64,000 nt of DNA from Caecitellus pseudoparvulus (GCA_965644315.1 CBFFRQ010000017.1:1-64000), one strand, 5' to 3'; numbered from the stretch's first letter, positions 11,242 to 22,104 are shown. The notes: generated by a model not told the origin, from the sequence alone. Made by a program: numbers and translations.

Positions 11242-12420
11242 TCAGAAGGAGAAGCCACCTGCTGGCGCCTGCCCCCCTCCTGCACCGAACTGGAAGCCCC
11301 CCCCCTGCTGTCCACCTGGGAACTGCTGCCCACCTGGGAACTGCTGTCCACCTGGGAACTGCTGTCCACCTGGAAACTGCTGCTGCCCGCCTGGGAACTG
11401 CTGCTGCCCGCCTGGGAACTGCTGCGGTGCCCCTCCTGCCATCATGACAGGCTTGGCTGGTCCGGTCTTCTTGGCCGAGGCAGTGGCTGCTAGCTGAGCC
11501 ATGGAGGCCCCCCCTCGCACAGCGCGCCGCCCAGAGCTGCCAGAGCCCTGTGTGGCTGCCGAGCCCTTTCCAGCTCCAGGCCGCTTGGCAAAGGGCAGCA
11601 GCTCCGCGAGGGAAGAGTCCAGGTGGGCCTTGTTGGCAGCTGAGGCGGCAGGGGTGGGTGCCGGGGCGGGGGACGGCGCCAGGCCAACACCGCTGCTGCC
11701 GCCCCTGGAGGCTGCGCCCTTGGCTGGGGACGCAGTGGGCGTGGAGCGCTTCTTGATGGTGGCCCCGCCAGCATGGATGTCGAAGGCTTTCGCAGCGCCC
11801 GCCGTGGTCAGGGCTGCCAACTTGTTGGCACCCTTGGGGGCGGGGACGCTGGCCCCAGCTCCCCGACGAGCACCACCGTTCAGGGTGGCTCCAGCAGCCA
11901 GAGTGCGGCCACGTGGCACGGGGGTGGACGTGGAGCCGCTGCTCACGAGGCGAGTGCTGCCGCCGCCCATGACACTCACACCACCACTGCCGCCAGTGGG
12001 GGCCATGCCAGCCAGCCCGCCACCGGCTGCAGGGGGCTGCCCACCGGCCCCTTGCGGCGGCCAGCCCCCACCACCTTGAGGCTGGGGCTGCATGCCCCAC
12101 ATGCCTTGCGGCTGCTGGCCTGGGTAGCCAGGGTGCTGAGGCGCACCCATGCCAAAGGCGCCAGGCTGCCCTTGGGGAATTTGGTGCCCCCACGGCGCTG
12201 CAGGGCCGCCTTGGGGCATCTGACTGGAAGGAGGACCCATACTTCCCCCCATTCCCCCGAGCAGGTCGCCATCCTGCACAGCGGCTGCCACAGGGGCAGC
12301 CGCTGGTGCTGCGGCAGGGGGTGGTGCCAACCCGCCCGTGCGGCTCGCACCTTGCCCACCCGAGGGGCCCCAGCGCCCCTGAACATTGCCAAAGTCGATT
12401 GTTTGTCCCGGCTCAGACAT
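11242..12420 (-). CDS. Low-complexity Gly/Pro/Gln-rich protein with GGQQFP repeats
   Basis: Long open frame starting MSEPGQTIDFG, with a C-terminal FPGGQQ(Q) tandem repeat. No globular domain recognised. Confidence 0.6.
   Translation of the reverse strand: MSEPGQTIDFGNVQGRWGPSGGQGASRTGGLAPPPAAAPAAAPVAAAVQDGDLLGGMGGSMGPPSSQMPQGGPAAPWGHQIPQGQPGAFGMGAPQHPGYPGQQPQGMWGMQPQPQGGGGWPPQGAGGQPPAAGGGLAGMAPTGGSGGVSVMGGGSTRLVSSGSTSTPVPRGRTLAAGATLNGGARRGAGASVPAPKGANKLAALTTAGAAKAFDIHAGGATIKKRSTPTASPAKGAASRGGSSGVGLAPSPAPAPTPAASAANKAHLDSSLAELLPFAKRPGAGKGSAATQGSGSSGRRAVRGGASMAQLAATASAKKTGPAKPVMMAGGAPQQFPGGQQQFPGGQQQFPGGQQFPGGQQFPGGQQFPGGQQGGGFQFGAGGGQAPAGGFSF
11311..11424 (-). repeat. 18/21-bp coding tandem repeat (GGQQFP)n
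   Basis: Six near-identical copies of CCACCTGGGAACTGCTG on the + strand. Confidence 0.9.
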
Positions 12421-12726
12421 GACTAGGTTCGTGTGTGCGAAGGAGCTGGAGCTGCGGCGCCGTGCCAAGAGCCTCCACTTCACCCGGCGTGCTTCTCGGA
12501 AACGCCGTCACAGCCTGCTGCACTGCACCAACACTGGCACTGGCGACTCTCAATGCTGATGTGTGGCAAGCTGTGGCAAGTGCCTGCCGTCATCCAGTGC
12601 TCGAGTGTGGTGCAGCCACACGCCCCTCTCCCCCCCCCCCCAAATGTGGAGACCTGGTGTGCCAGCCCTCTCCGCGCGGCACACTGGCTCAGGCCAACGG
12701 CGCCTCGGCATGGGGTGCACATGAAT

Positions 12727-15258
12727 TCAATCCAGCTTTACCTTGCGGGGGCACAGGCAGCAGGTGATGAGGCGCTCGAGCAGGAACACAACCAGCGGCA
12801 CTGCGCACAGCACCACCACAAACGGCAGCAGCATCAAGCTTGCCACGAACCACAGCGCTCGGTCAAAGAGCCAGTGAGTCAGGCGGGCCATGCCGACATG
12901 CGGCAGTGGCCTCAGCTCGGCGCGCCAGGAGACAGGGGAGCAGCGCTCCTCGAACTCCACTCGAGCGCCATCGTACCACATCCAGTCGTACAGGGGGGTT
13001 TGCGGGGGGTATGTCCGCCCCTTGTCCACGGCTGCATCAGTCTTGGCGTCATACCAGTCGTCTGCCGTCAACCATCGACCCAGCACCTCTGCCAAGTGGA
13101 GCAGGGTGGAGGGCCCGGGTGCTGGGGATGGGCCCACCTTGCTACGCCAGTACCGTGCCGGGTCGCTCTCACCCTGCCCTTCACTGAGAGTGGCATCACC
13201 GGTGTGGGCAGGGTCGTTGCTCAGCACGACGGGGTTGCGGCGAGGGGAGCCGTGCAGTCGGCGCCATGCCGAGTAGGTGTCCTTGTGGAACATATGCCCC
13301 ATGGCCGCACTGGCGCCCCCACGCGGGAGTTTGGCCCACACACCCTGTGCTTCGGCGACCTCATCCGGGTCACAGGCGGACTCGGCCCCCCAGCGCAGGG
13401 TCAAGACGAGGTAGTTATTGCCCTGGTACACACTGTGCCAGTAGTGCTGCAGCTGGGCATTGAAGTTGCCGCCCCAGTACAACGGCACAGAGAAAAAAGC
13501 GCCGATGTGGGGACGGATGCTTGTGCTGGAATGGTAGGTAAACCCACTGGATACCAGCTGTGTGATGACGCGGCGCTGGCGCGCTGGCGGGAAGGGCGGG
13601 CGCCACCACTCCTGCACAGCCTGCAGGCCGGAAGCTGGGGGCTGCTGGTCACTCTCGAAGCCTTGCCCATCCCAGTCTTCCGCACCTGGCGTGTCTGCCG
13701 CAGGCCTGGGATCCGGGCGGCGCAGGACGATGGAGGAGTGGGAGAAGACGTGCACATCTCCCGCCAGGGCGTGCGTCACCTTGTCTGAGCGAGCCAGGAG
13801 GTCCAGCAGCTGCGCAGTGCTGTGCTGCAGGCGGGGGTGACCAGGGTACAAGTCTCGTTCGACCAGGTCGGTAATCATGGCTGATAGAGCAGAAAAGAAC
13901 ACCAGGGGGACCTGGGAGAACACCATGACGCTGCCGATGGAGTCATCTGCTTCCCAACCGCCCAACGTCTCCCCCGCCCACTGTAGCTGGCGTGACGTCA
14001 GCAACGCCAGCGCATCGTCGCTCCACACTGACTCCAGCAAGCGCACCTCAGCAGAAGGCACAGCCCCCACCTGTGCCTCTGGAGCTTGCCCAGCGGAGTC
14101 ACCAACGCCCAGCTTCAGGCCCTCCATGAGGCTGCGGGCGTACCGTGTGTCCAGGAACAGCAGGCCATATCCGTTGAACTGCCGTGCAAAGTGCACGCCT
14201 CGTGGCATGGCAGCTCGGTTCACATCGGCAGGCACTGGACCGGAGATATCCGCGGCAGCCTCGGGTGATCGGTAACCGCTCCCTCGTGGCTGCAACTGCA
14301 CTAGGGGTGTCGCTTGCTGGGGTGTGGAGGAGGGCGCCTCGCCCCCTGCCTCCACATCTGCCACAGCGCCTGCTGCCAGCCCAGTCGGCACCTGCAGCGT
14401 CCATGTGCGGGACGGTGTCAGGTCTCTGTGCAGCTGCATCTGGTACTCTAGGTATGCCGTGTGCCCTGCCACCACGATGTCTGGCAGAGAGTTCACGCCA
14501 GCAGAGGTGAAGTTGGTCTTCAGGTGGCGCAGGGCGAGGGCGTGCCACTCTGCATCTGTCGTCGCATTGGTGTAGGCGGCTCGCATCCAAGCGTCCAGGT
14601 TGTTCACGACGTCGTGGTCATCGGGCAACATCCAGTGTGCGCCCCGGCGCAATACCACCGTGGCCCATGGATGGCTCCAGGCCTCTCGATATGCGTTTCG
14701 AAACGCAGTAAGCATGGCTGCTGGCTGCAAAGTCGTTGGCGTGGCCAGCAGGCGAGCGGCGACGGCATCGTTGTACAGCTGGTCGCCCAGGTGCACCATG
14801 CCAGCTTGCTGGGTCTCCTTCTCCCCCAGCACAGACCACAGCCCGTCGTCGTGGTCGTCAAGGTACCGGTCACAGGAGTTGACAACGATGTCCACCGGCT
14901 GGCGACCTTCCTCTGTGCACGGCCCGCCGGGCGCGCAGAAGGTTTGAAAACTCACGCCCTCCACACTGTCATCGCCCTGCACTGTCCACAGCACCTCATA
15001 AGCTCGACCAGGGTGCAGGCCGTCGATGTGCAAAACCTGTGGCCGCCGCCTGAGGGCGACATCCGCCGCTGCCAGAATCCTGCCAGACGGAGCATCAAGC
15101 ACATGCACACGGCGGGTGTGTGCGGGGCCTAGAGACTCGAACAGGATGCGGGCATACGTCGTGCCAATGTCCCCGTTCACCAGCAGTACTCGATCTGCAC
15201 CACGCACGCCGGCCAAGAAGGCCAGGACGATGGCCAGGCCAACCCGAAGCGCAAGCAT
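12727..15258 (-). CDS. PhoD-like metallophosphatase, membrane anchored
   Basis: Signal peptide MLALRVGLAIVLAFLAGVRG; metal motifs NSCD, HLGDQLYND, PDDHDVVNN, LDTRY, AGDVH; C-terminal TM. Confidence 0.88.
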   Translation of the reverse strand: MLALRVGLAIVLAFLAGVRGADRVLLVNGDIGTTYARILFESLGPAHTRRVHVLDAPSGRILAAADVALRRRPQVLHIDGLHPGRAYEVLWTVQGDDSVEGVSFQTFCAPGGPCTEEGRQPVDIVVNSCDRYLDDHDDGLWSVLGEKETQQAGMVHLGDQLYNDAVAARLLATPTTLQPAAMLTAFRNAYREAWSHPWATVVLRRGAHWMLPDDHDVVNNLDAWMRAAYTNATTDAEWHALALRHLKTNFTSAGVNSLPDIVVAGHTAYLEYQMQLHRDLTPSRTWTLQVPTGLAAGAVADVEAGGEAPSSTPQQATPLVQLQPRGSGYRSPEAAADISGPVPADVNRAAMPRGVHFARQFNGYGLLFLDTRYARSLMEGLKLGVGDSAGQAPEAQVGAVPSAEVRLLESVWSDDALALLTSRQLQWAGETLGGWEADDSIGSVMVFSQVPLVFFSALSAMITDLVERDLYPGHPRLQHSTAQLLDLLARSDKVTHALAGDVHVFSHSSIVLRRPDPRPAADTPGAEDWDGQGFESDQQPPASGLQAVQEWWRPPFPPARQRRVITQLVSSGFTYHSSTSIRPHIGAFFSVPLYWGGNFNAQLQHYWHSVYQGNNYLVLTLRWGAESACDPDEVAEAQGVWAKLPRGGASAAMGHMFHKDTYSAWRRLHGSPRRNPVVLSNDPAHTGDATLSEGQGESDPARYWRSKVGPSPAPGPSTLLHLAEVLGRWLTADDWYDAKTDAAVDKGRTYPPQTPLYDWMWYDGARVEFEERCSPVSWRAELRPLPHVGMARLTHWLFDRALWFVASLMLLPFVVVLCAVPLVVFLLERLITCCLCPRKVKLD

Positions 15259-15427
15259 GTTGCGCAGCAAATACCGCACGGGCACGCAGGGTATCTGCAC
15301 CGTGAGACTCTGCACAGGCCACAAGGGCGTGGAACCCAATTTCCTGTGTCATCTGGTGCAAAGGCATTCGATCTAGTCTCCAGAGCAAAGTGTGCATTGG
15401 GCACAGCGCGGGACTGATGAAGCCCCC

Positions 15428-18400
15428 TCAATCTAGCTCGCCCATCTGTGCCTGCCACCCCATGGCGTCTGCCAGCCACTTAGCACGAGCGAGGGCCTCC
15501 GAGCCCTTGAGTGGCGCAGTCACAGGGGTCTTGCGGAACTGCTGGTCCAGGCTTCCACACTGGCACTGGCAACCAGACACGACGCAGACCGTGTTGGTGG
15601 CGAACCAGCCCTCCATGAAGCCAGCCTTGCCACCGTGCCCACAGTGCAAGCACACCTCCCACATTTCCTCCCGCTGCACGCTGGTGAAGGTTGACGGCAC
15701 TAGCACGTCTTCATACTTCGCCGAGGTGCGCTGGGAGGCCGAGGCGAGCTCAATAGCGGAAGGCACCACCACCCAGGCCACCCCCCCCTCCGCCCCGACC
15801 TGTGCTGGATCGCCACTCTCATGCGGCTTCCAGCGTCCCCGGTCACTCGCAGTGGACAGCTGCTTGTACGGGTTAACGACTCGGAGGGGGAGCAGGGAAA
15901 GCGAGCAGCGAGGCAGGCGGTTGCGGCAGCAGATGGCCACCGCCAAGTTTGGCGGCAGGTCACGCAGCCAGTGGGAATGCAGAGCCTTGCGCTGGATGTC
16001 AGGGAGGGTCAGTGGCGAGCTGCAGTGGCTGCACAGGGGGCCCACGCCAGGCGTGCTGGTGACGGTGTCGCTGGCCAGCAGGGCTGCGCAGGGGGAGACG
16101 GGGGGGGGCCAAGCTCCTTCCCCCGAGGGGCTGCTGCGTCTCTGTGCACTGGGCATGGAGCCGCCGTGCAGGGTGGAGTGCGGGCCAGCTGCGTGGGAGG
16201 AGGCAGCGCGCCGTCGATTGGCTATAGCGTCAGCTGCAGTGGGGTGGCTGGGCCCGCTGGACGCCGCCGCCAACATGGAGACAGTCCAGGCAGGACTGGG
16301 CAGCCCCCCCCCCAGAGCGGCTGCCACCCCCCCCGCTGGGTGCTGGGCTGCTCCCACATGCACAGAGTCCTCTTGCACACCCATGTGGAACGAATGCCCC
16401 ATGCTGTGCTGCCGAGCCTGCTGGGCGTCCTTGGATGCCTTCATGCGCCACGAGGGGCGTTTGGCAGTCTTGGCAGGGAGGGGGCTCTTGGTGAGTGCCG
16501 GGGCGCCCGCGCCGCCGGTGGGCGCCCCACTGCGACGCAGGTACTCGAGTACGCTGGTAGGCAGCTCGCTGGGGGAGTACAGCGCACAGCACACGAGGCG
16601 GAGCAAGTGCTGGCGCCGACCAAGGGGGCCAGCGGGCATTGCCAGGGCCAGCTCGGGCAGGGGCAGCTTCAGCCCCACGGCCACCTCCCCTGGCGCGGAG
16701 GGCTGGCTGGTGCGCTTGGGTAGAGTGGTGGCGGGTCCAGGCGCTCGCTGCAGTGTCACCAGCTGCCCTGCCTTGGCCACTAGCTCTTGCGACATGCCAG
16801 GCCCCTGGCCCACCCCAGCCAGAGCCGGGTGGCGGGGCACAGGGCGAGGCTGTCCTGGGCGCCCTACGCCACACCGGTTGTAGAAGGGGTGTGCCAGGGG
16901 GGCTCCGTCCCCGCCGCGGAGGAGGATGTACCGCTGCACGATGTGAGATCGCCCCGTCAGAAAACGGGCCTGTGCCTGCCCCATGCGCCACCGCAGCAGC
17001 AGCTGCGTGTACGCGCCCATCCAGCGCAAGGTCGCCTCCGCGTCGCTCTGCGACATGGCCATGGGATCCAGCAGGCGCCCCAACAGCGCCGCAGTCTGCA
17101 CGTCGCCCACCACATCCACGACGCGCGCCAGACAGCGCACAGGCAGGGAAGGTCCAGTCGGCGCACTCACACCCGCGACCACCCAGGCGGGGTTCAAACC
17201 GACAATGGGCAGAGCCTCCAGGGAAATGGCAGCCCCCAGCAGGGCTGGTGTGCCCTGACCCGATGAGGGGGTTGCCACTCCCCTCACCAGCCTGCACACT
17301 GCTGTTCGTGCATCTTGGGCGGGCAGGCGCCACAGAGCCAGGGTCACTCGGTCACTGAGAAGCACGCCTTGGTCGTCCAGGCATGCGCCACCCGCTGTCG
17401 GGTCGGGGGACGCCCCAGCCCGGCATAGCAGCAGCTCCAAGGCATACCTGAGGTATGGGAAGGCGCCAGTCACACCCGGTGGAGCGCCAGCCACCGGAAG
17501 TGACAGACGAGCAGCGAGAGGAGCTGCCAACCTCTGCCAGAGGGGCTGCCGGGGCGGCGGTGCATCCGTGGCCCCCAGGCACCCCTCCTGAGCACAGCCC
17601 CGCAAGGTCCCCTGCACCAGGTCCCGCACCTGGGCTAGTGCGGCCGCCCCCAACACGTCGCGTGTGGGGTCGGGGCTGGCGGCCGCGTCGCTGCTGCGAG
17701 GGGGGGACGAAGGGGGCGCGTACACCACTCCCACCTCTTCCGATAAGAATGCCACCAGCACCGCCAAGAAACCCGACGCGACGCTGGCAAGCTGGAGGCA
17801 CACCTGCCCGCCCCAGCCAAGCTGCAGAGGGCCCAGCGCCACCAGCTGGGCCATGCAGCCCAGCGCCGCCTCTACACACAGGTCTGCAGCAGACACGAGC
17901 CAGGAGGCGGTGTTGACGGGGCGGCCTTGGTGGGGGTGTGCCTGGGGCGGGACGAGGCCAGCCACCTGTGGCTCCACGCGGTCCCAGGAGGCGGCGAGCC
18001 ACACCAGCAGGCCGGCAGCTCGCGACCAGGCCCCTTGCTGTGCCGCCAGCTGCACGCACAGCGGCAGCCCAAGGGTCGCCCGAGCGCAGCTGCCGTCCGA
18101 AAAGCGCACGGTTGGCAACGCAGACATGCCGCGCGCCTGCGTTCGCCAGCCCAGAGCGAACGAGGCTCGTAGAGTCTGGCCTGCCCATTGCGCATCCGAC
18201 GTGCCCGCTGAAGGCGAACCTGCCTCCATGCCTGCACCTGCTTCTGTGATGCCGGACATGCCGAGTGGCTGTAAGGCAGGCACAATGGCCTCTTGGAGCC
18301 TGCTGACGAAGGTGTGCAGCGGCACTGGGGCAGCATCGCTCTGCGCAGCCTTCCGAGCAACCGTTGGTAGGGCCATGTGCATGGCGGGATTGCAGGCCAT

Positions 18401-19063
18401 GACCTGCTTCACGTCATCCAGCGTCGTCGCTTGCAGGGCGCGCTGTTGCTGTTGCTGTGGCGGTGCAGAGGCGCCCAGCGCCAGCGGCTTCCGCGCTCCG
18501 TGCCCAGCGACCCAGCCCCACACCTCACACAGACTGAGGTTGTACCGCAACCACACCATGGCATTCATGCCTGCAGGTGCTGCCAGCAACCTTGCACTGG
18601 CCCATTCTGCGGTGGATGAGCTTCGTGCTGGACCAGTTTCCGCAGCTGTCGCGTGCCAGCTCCACAAGTAAGGCTGCATACTGAGCTTCACAGCCTCCCT
18701 CTGGACCTCAAGGGCAGGACTTTGCAGTTCTGTGTCCAGTCCACAGTCAATGCAGGCAGGGCGCTTCCCACGTGGGACCGCAGCAGCTGCCAACGCGGCA
18801 GGGGCTGCCAGCGCAGACCGCTGCAGGTCTCGCAACGCCTTGCCCGGCTGCTCGCCGTGCCCTGTCGCAGCCCGGGCACGCATGACCGAGCCAATATCTG
18901 GCAACCCCATGCAGGCCCCGACGAAACCAAGACTTGTGAGCTGTGCCGGGCCCTTACCATCCACCATGGTGGAGACGCTGCCCGTGGCAGACAAACCCAC
19001 TGCAGGCATGAGCCTCACCCCCCCCACCAAGGGGCCAGCTGGGGCACCACCATGGCTATCCAT
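15428..19063 (-). CDS. MIOS: GATOR2/SEA complex subunit MIOS (Sea4)-like
   Basis: C-terminal zinc-finger/RING region CSHC...LPRCSLSLLPL...WEVCLHCGHGG..WF..NTVCVVSGCQCQC; DIGSVMRARA motif; LSDRVTLA and GDVQTAALL segments. Confidence 0.82.
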   Translation of the reverse strand: MDSHGGAPAGPLVGGVRLMPAVGLSATGSVSTMVDGKGPAQLTSLGFVGACMGLPDIGSVMRARAATGHGEQPGKALRDLQRSALAAPAALAAAAVPRGKRPACIDCGLDTELQSPALEVQREAVKLSMQPYLWSWHATAAETGPARSSSTAEWASARLLAAPAGMNAMVWLRYNLSLCEVWGWVAGHGARKPLALGASAPPQQQQQRALQATTLDDVKQVMACNPAMHMALPTVARKAAQSDAAPVPLHTFVSRLQEAIVPALQPLGMSGITEAGAGMEAGSPSAGTSDAQWAGQTLRASFALGWRTQARGMSALPTVRFSDGSCARATLGLPLCVQLAAQQGAWSRAAGLLVWLAASWDRVEPQVAGLVPPQAHPHQGRPVNTASWLVSAADLCVEAALGCMAQLVALGPLQLGWGGQVCLQLASVASGFLAVLVAFLSEEVGVVYAPPSSPPRSSDAAASPDPTRDVLGAAALAQVRDLVQGTLRGCAQEGCLGATDAPPPRQPLWQRLAAPLAARLSLPVAGAPPGVTGAFPYLRYALELLLCRAGASPDPTAGGACLDDQGVLLSDRVTLALWRLPAQDARTAVCRLVRGVATPSSGQGTPALLGAAISLEALPIVGLNPAWVVAGVSAPTGPSLPVRCLARVVDVVGDVQTAALLGRLLDPMAMSQSDAEATLRWMGAYTQLLLRWRMGQAQARFLTGRSHIVQRYILLRGGDGAPLAHPFYNRCGVGRPGQPRPVPRHPALAGVGQGPGMSQELVAKAGQLVTLQRAPGPATTLPKRTSQPSAPGEVAVGLKLPLPELALAMPAGPLGRRQHLLRLVCCALYSPSELPTSVLEYLRRSGAPTGGAGAPALTKSPLPAKTAKRPSWRMKASKDAQQARQHSMGHSFHMGVQEDSVHVGAAQHPAGGVAAALGGGLPSPAWTVSMLAAASSGPSHPTAADAIANRRRAASSHAAGPHSTLHGGSMPSAQRRSSPSGEGAWPPPVSPCAALLASDTVTSTPGVGPLCSHCSSPLTLPDIQRKALHSHWLRDLPPNLAVAICCRNRLPRCSLSLLPLRVVNPYKQLSTASDRGRWKPHESGDPAQVGAEGGVAWVVVPSAIELASASQRTSAKYEDVLVPSTFTSVQREEMWEVCLHCGHGGKAGFMEGWFATNTVCVVSGCQCQCGSLDQQFRKTPVTAPLKGSEALARAKWLADAMGWQAQMGELD

Positions 19064-19368
19064 CTCAAGCAGACACCTTCTGCTCCTTCGCGTGTTTCAG
19101 GGCAGCATGCCTCGGCTTGCGAACCGGAATTGCCTCGTCCTGCTCAATGCTGCACCTTCACAGCTCGCTGTCGGTACCAAACTGCCGCTCACCCACCGCC
19201 AGCTGAAGCCAACTCTGAGCCAGCTGGTGCTATGGAGTGCTTGCAAGAGGGGCTGGTCAGTTTCGTCGCTGCATTGTCGTCCACACGCACGGGGTGCAGC
19301 AAAGTCACACACAAAGGTGGCAGGGGCTGGCTGTGCCGCGTCTGCCACGCTCCTTCCCACACGGTGCT

Positions 19369-22104
19369 CTACACCGATGCGAAGGAATGGGGCCCTGGCT
19401 CCCACGCAGCGCCACCTGACGGCATGCCCGGTGCACTGCCCGCAGCGCCATGAGCCCGGAATGCCTGGGGCGCACCGGGGGCCATGCCAGGGTATGCGGG
19501 TGTGCCTGCGCCTCCTCCGCCATGAGGCGACACGTGCACCTGCTGGGCAGGCGCTTGGGCAGGAGCTTGGGCACGTTCTTCCTGCTTAGGCTCTGACGTG
19601 GGCCGTGGCGACGCCGCCACTGCTGGCGGCGGCGCCACACCCGCGCCAGATCCAGGATCCGCATTCACCTCAAAAGTAAAGGTGAGCAGTTTCTCTGAGG
19701 TGCCCTCAAACATGCCAAAACGCAGGTGCAGGTGGTCAGCCATGCCCTTACGCTGCAAGAGCAGGTGCCGGAAAAAGGCCACCATGCTGGGCTTCAGGCC
19801 GTACACACGCAGCTTGCAGCCACAGGCATCTTGCGGGTGGTACGTGCGGGACAGCACCACCCATCCAAAAACACTGTCCACCATGCGTGCGCAGGCGTCC
19901 ATGCCGGCTTGGTGGACAAATTTTCCATCCAGGCCAGCTTCGGTGCAAACACGAGCATACTCGTCCAGGCAGACGCCGTTCCTCAGACACGTGTTTGGGT
20001 CAAAGCGCACAATAAGCTCGCGTTGCCGAGGTGGTAGCAGGTCAATGCCAGGGGAGGTAATGCCCATGAACGTCAGAGGCTGCGCGCGCTCACTAGTTCC
20101 AGCGAGACCCTTCACTGCCCCCCCTTCCTCCTGCTCAACGCGGGGGGTTGCGGGATGCGGAGAGGCAACTTCATGGGCGGGGTTCGTGTTGTATGGCGGC
20201 TTGCCCCCAGCCTTCTTGGCCTGGTCAGCTGCCTCCTCTGCCTGGCGCTTCGCGTCCAACTTTGCCTGGTGTGCCGCCTCCCGCACCGCAGAGATGGCCA
20301 GCGTCTCGTTGAACAGGTTCAACGCCGAGCAGCCGGCAAGGACAAACACACAGCCGAGAGGCACCATTCCCGGAAACACCACCGCATCAACATTCAACTT
20401 GTCGGGACTGCCTTCACGCCAGTCTTTCAGGGTTAGAGCTGCCCAGATGCCTTGTGCGGTGGTGCGGTTGGCTCGGTTTTCCTTGACGCGCTCCCTGTAC
20501 ACAGCAGTGTTCACGCCCTTCCAGAACTCCGCAGAGGCGGCGTCGCCACCTCCTGCTCCGCCAGGCAGGCAGCCAGCGATGAACGCTGCGAAGTCCACAG
20601 TGGTCTCAAACCTCTGCAAGGTTGAAGCGCAGGCCAGACCCCGGGCGAGGAAGACTTGCCCTGTCGCGCACAAGTAGCAGTGGGACAGAGTGACCGACTG
20701 AATGTACTGCGAATTCGCAATGCACTGGCCAAACAGGTGCGCTGCACGGTCGGAGAAGAACGCAAGAGGCATGGTGATGGTGCGCAAGCGGTCAATGCCG
20801 ATAAGTTGGGCACCCCACCAGCCCTCCCAGGCAGCGAAAGTGTCCACACGCAGTGGCGTGCCCTCCGGAAGCTCATCCACCTCCTCAATCCGCAAGCCTT
20901 GGCGCCGCATCTTCTCCGTCTCGGGATTTCCACGCACAGCAGTAGGCCGGGCAAAGGATTTGTCTTTGTCGTACTTGATGTCCTCCTCGATCCACGTGGC
21001 GTCCTGCTTCAACCCGTCACGCAACTCTCTTGCATGTGGAATGATGTTCGTTCCGATGGTCGTGATGGACAGAGCCAGGGAGAGGACATAATCCACAAAC
21101 GTCCCATCTTCTACTGCCTGTGAGGCGCTGTAGGTCATGTACAAGTTCACCACCGCAGAGACCATGGAGGTGAGCATGGACACGACGACGAGTGCTACAT
21201 TGTCCTCCAGGATGCCGCTTGCCACGATGTACAGCTGAAGAATGGCCTGCGGCAGGCTTTCGAAAACAGACTCAAGCAGCTTGCGTAGCTTTGGGTACCG
21301 ATGAAACAGGGGGTACTCGAAGCACACCGCGAAAGGGAAGATGACGGATGCCACATCAAAGCCAACGGCGAAAATGGTGCCCTGCGATGCTCAGATGAAG
21401 TGCACTGTGCGGCCAATGCCCACGCTCGTTGCACTGACCCGGGCACACTCACGTAGATAGCCGCAAAGGGAAGGAGGAAGGGGATCAGGAAGCAAAGCAC
21501 CCACGTGGGCCTGGCATGAGTCAGAGTGGCACGAGGTGCACATGGCTGGACCACTATGCACTCCTCGCAATACGCACGCATCCTCCTCCTTCGCAAAGAT
21601 GGACTTCATGAACCCAATGATGAAGAGGTATCCGAAGATGGTTGTGGGGAGAATCCTGCGCCTCACATCCCAGCGCTGCTACGTGCGCCAGACAAAGTGT
21701 TAGCGTGTGCGCGTTTCGCTCTCACATGAAAACTATGCCAAGCGCCATGGGGCCGACTGCGCCCGCCGCTGACAGCTGCGTGAGCACCAAGATGTCACTG
21801 ACGATGTCCCAGATAAACAGAAATCCGCTGAGCAGCTTGGTCAGCACGATGATGGTCGCATACTCGCATGGCTTTTGCTGAGCACAGCACACACGGTGTG
21901 GTGGTGGCGTTTCACTCTGCACATGCCCGCGCAACACAGCCAGCGCACGCGTACCAGCTGGAAGGAGGTCAAGGTGCGCTGCAACTTCCATTTCGTGTAG
22001 GCAAGCTTTCTGGGTGGGGGTATGTGCTGCATGAGCCGGATGTACTGATCAGAAGCCTTGCTCACTTGCGGCTCATCCTTGCTGCCAGCGCCGCCTCGTC
22101 CCAT
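19369..22104 (-). CDS. XK-related membrane protein fused to LRR-like domain, ~4 introns
   Basis: WDIVSDILVL and KLLESVFESLPQAILQLYI are XK-family signatures. Later FGQCIANSQYIQSVTLSHCYLCATGQVFLARGL resembles RI-type LRR. Confidence 0.72.

Noticed and set aside
11024-11497. Cys-rich (PPGNCC)n ORF on the + strand resembling a metallothionein
   Set aside because: It is the antisense reading of the GGQQFP coding repeat; no independent support.
10043-12193. 716-aa ORF as a single protein
   Set aside because: The first ~350 aa are an off-frame shadow of the upstream gene; Sen54 similarity begins at the Met at 11143.
19097-19099. In-frame TGA upstream of MIOS as selenocysteine or a recoded stop
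   Set aside because: TGA terminates many well-supported genes here, no SECIS was seen, and the upstream frame shows no clear WD40 similarity.
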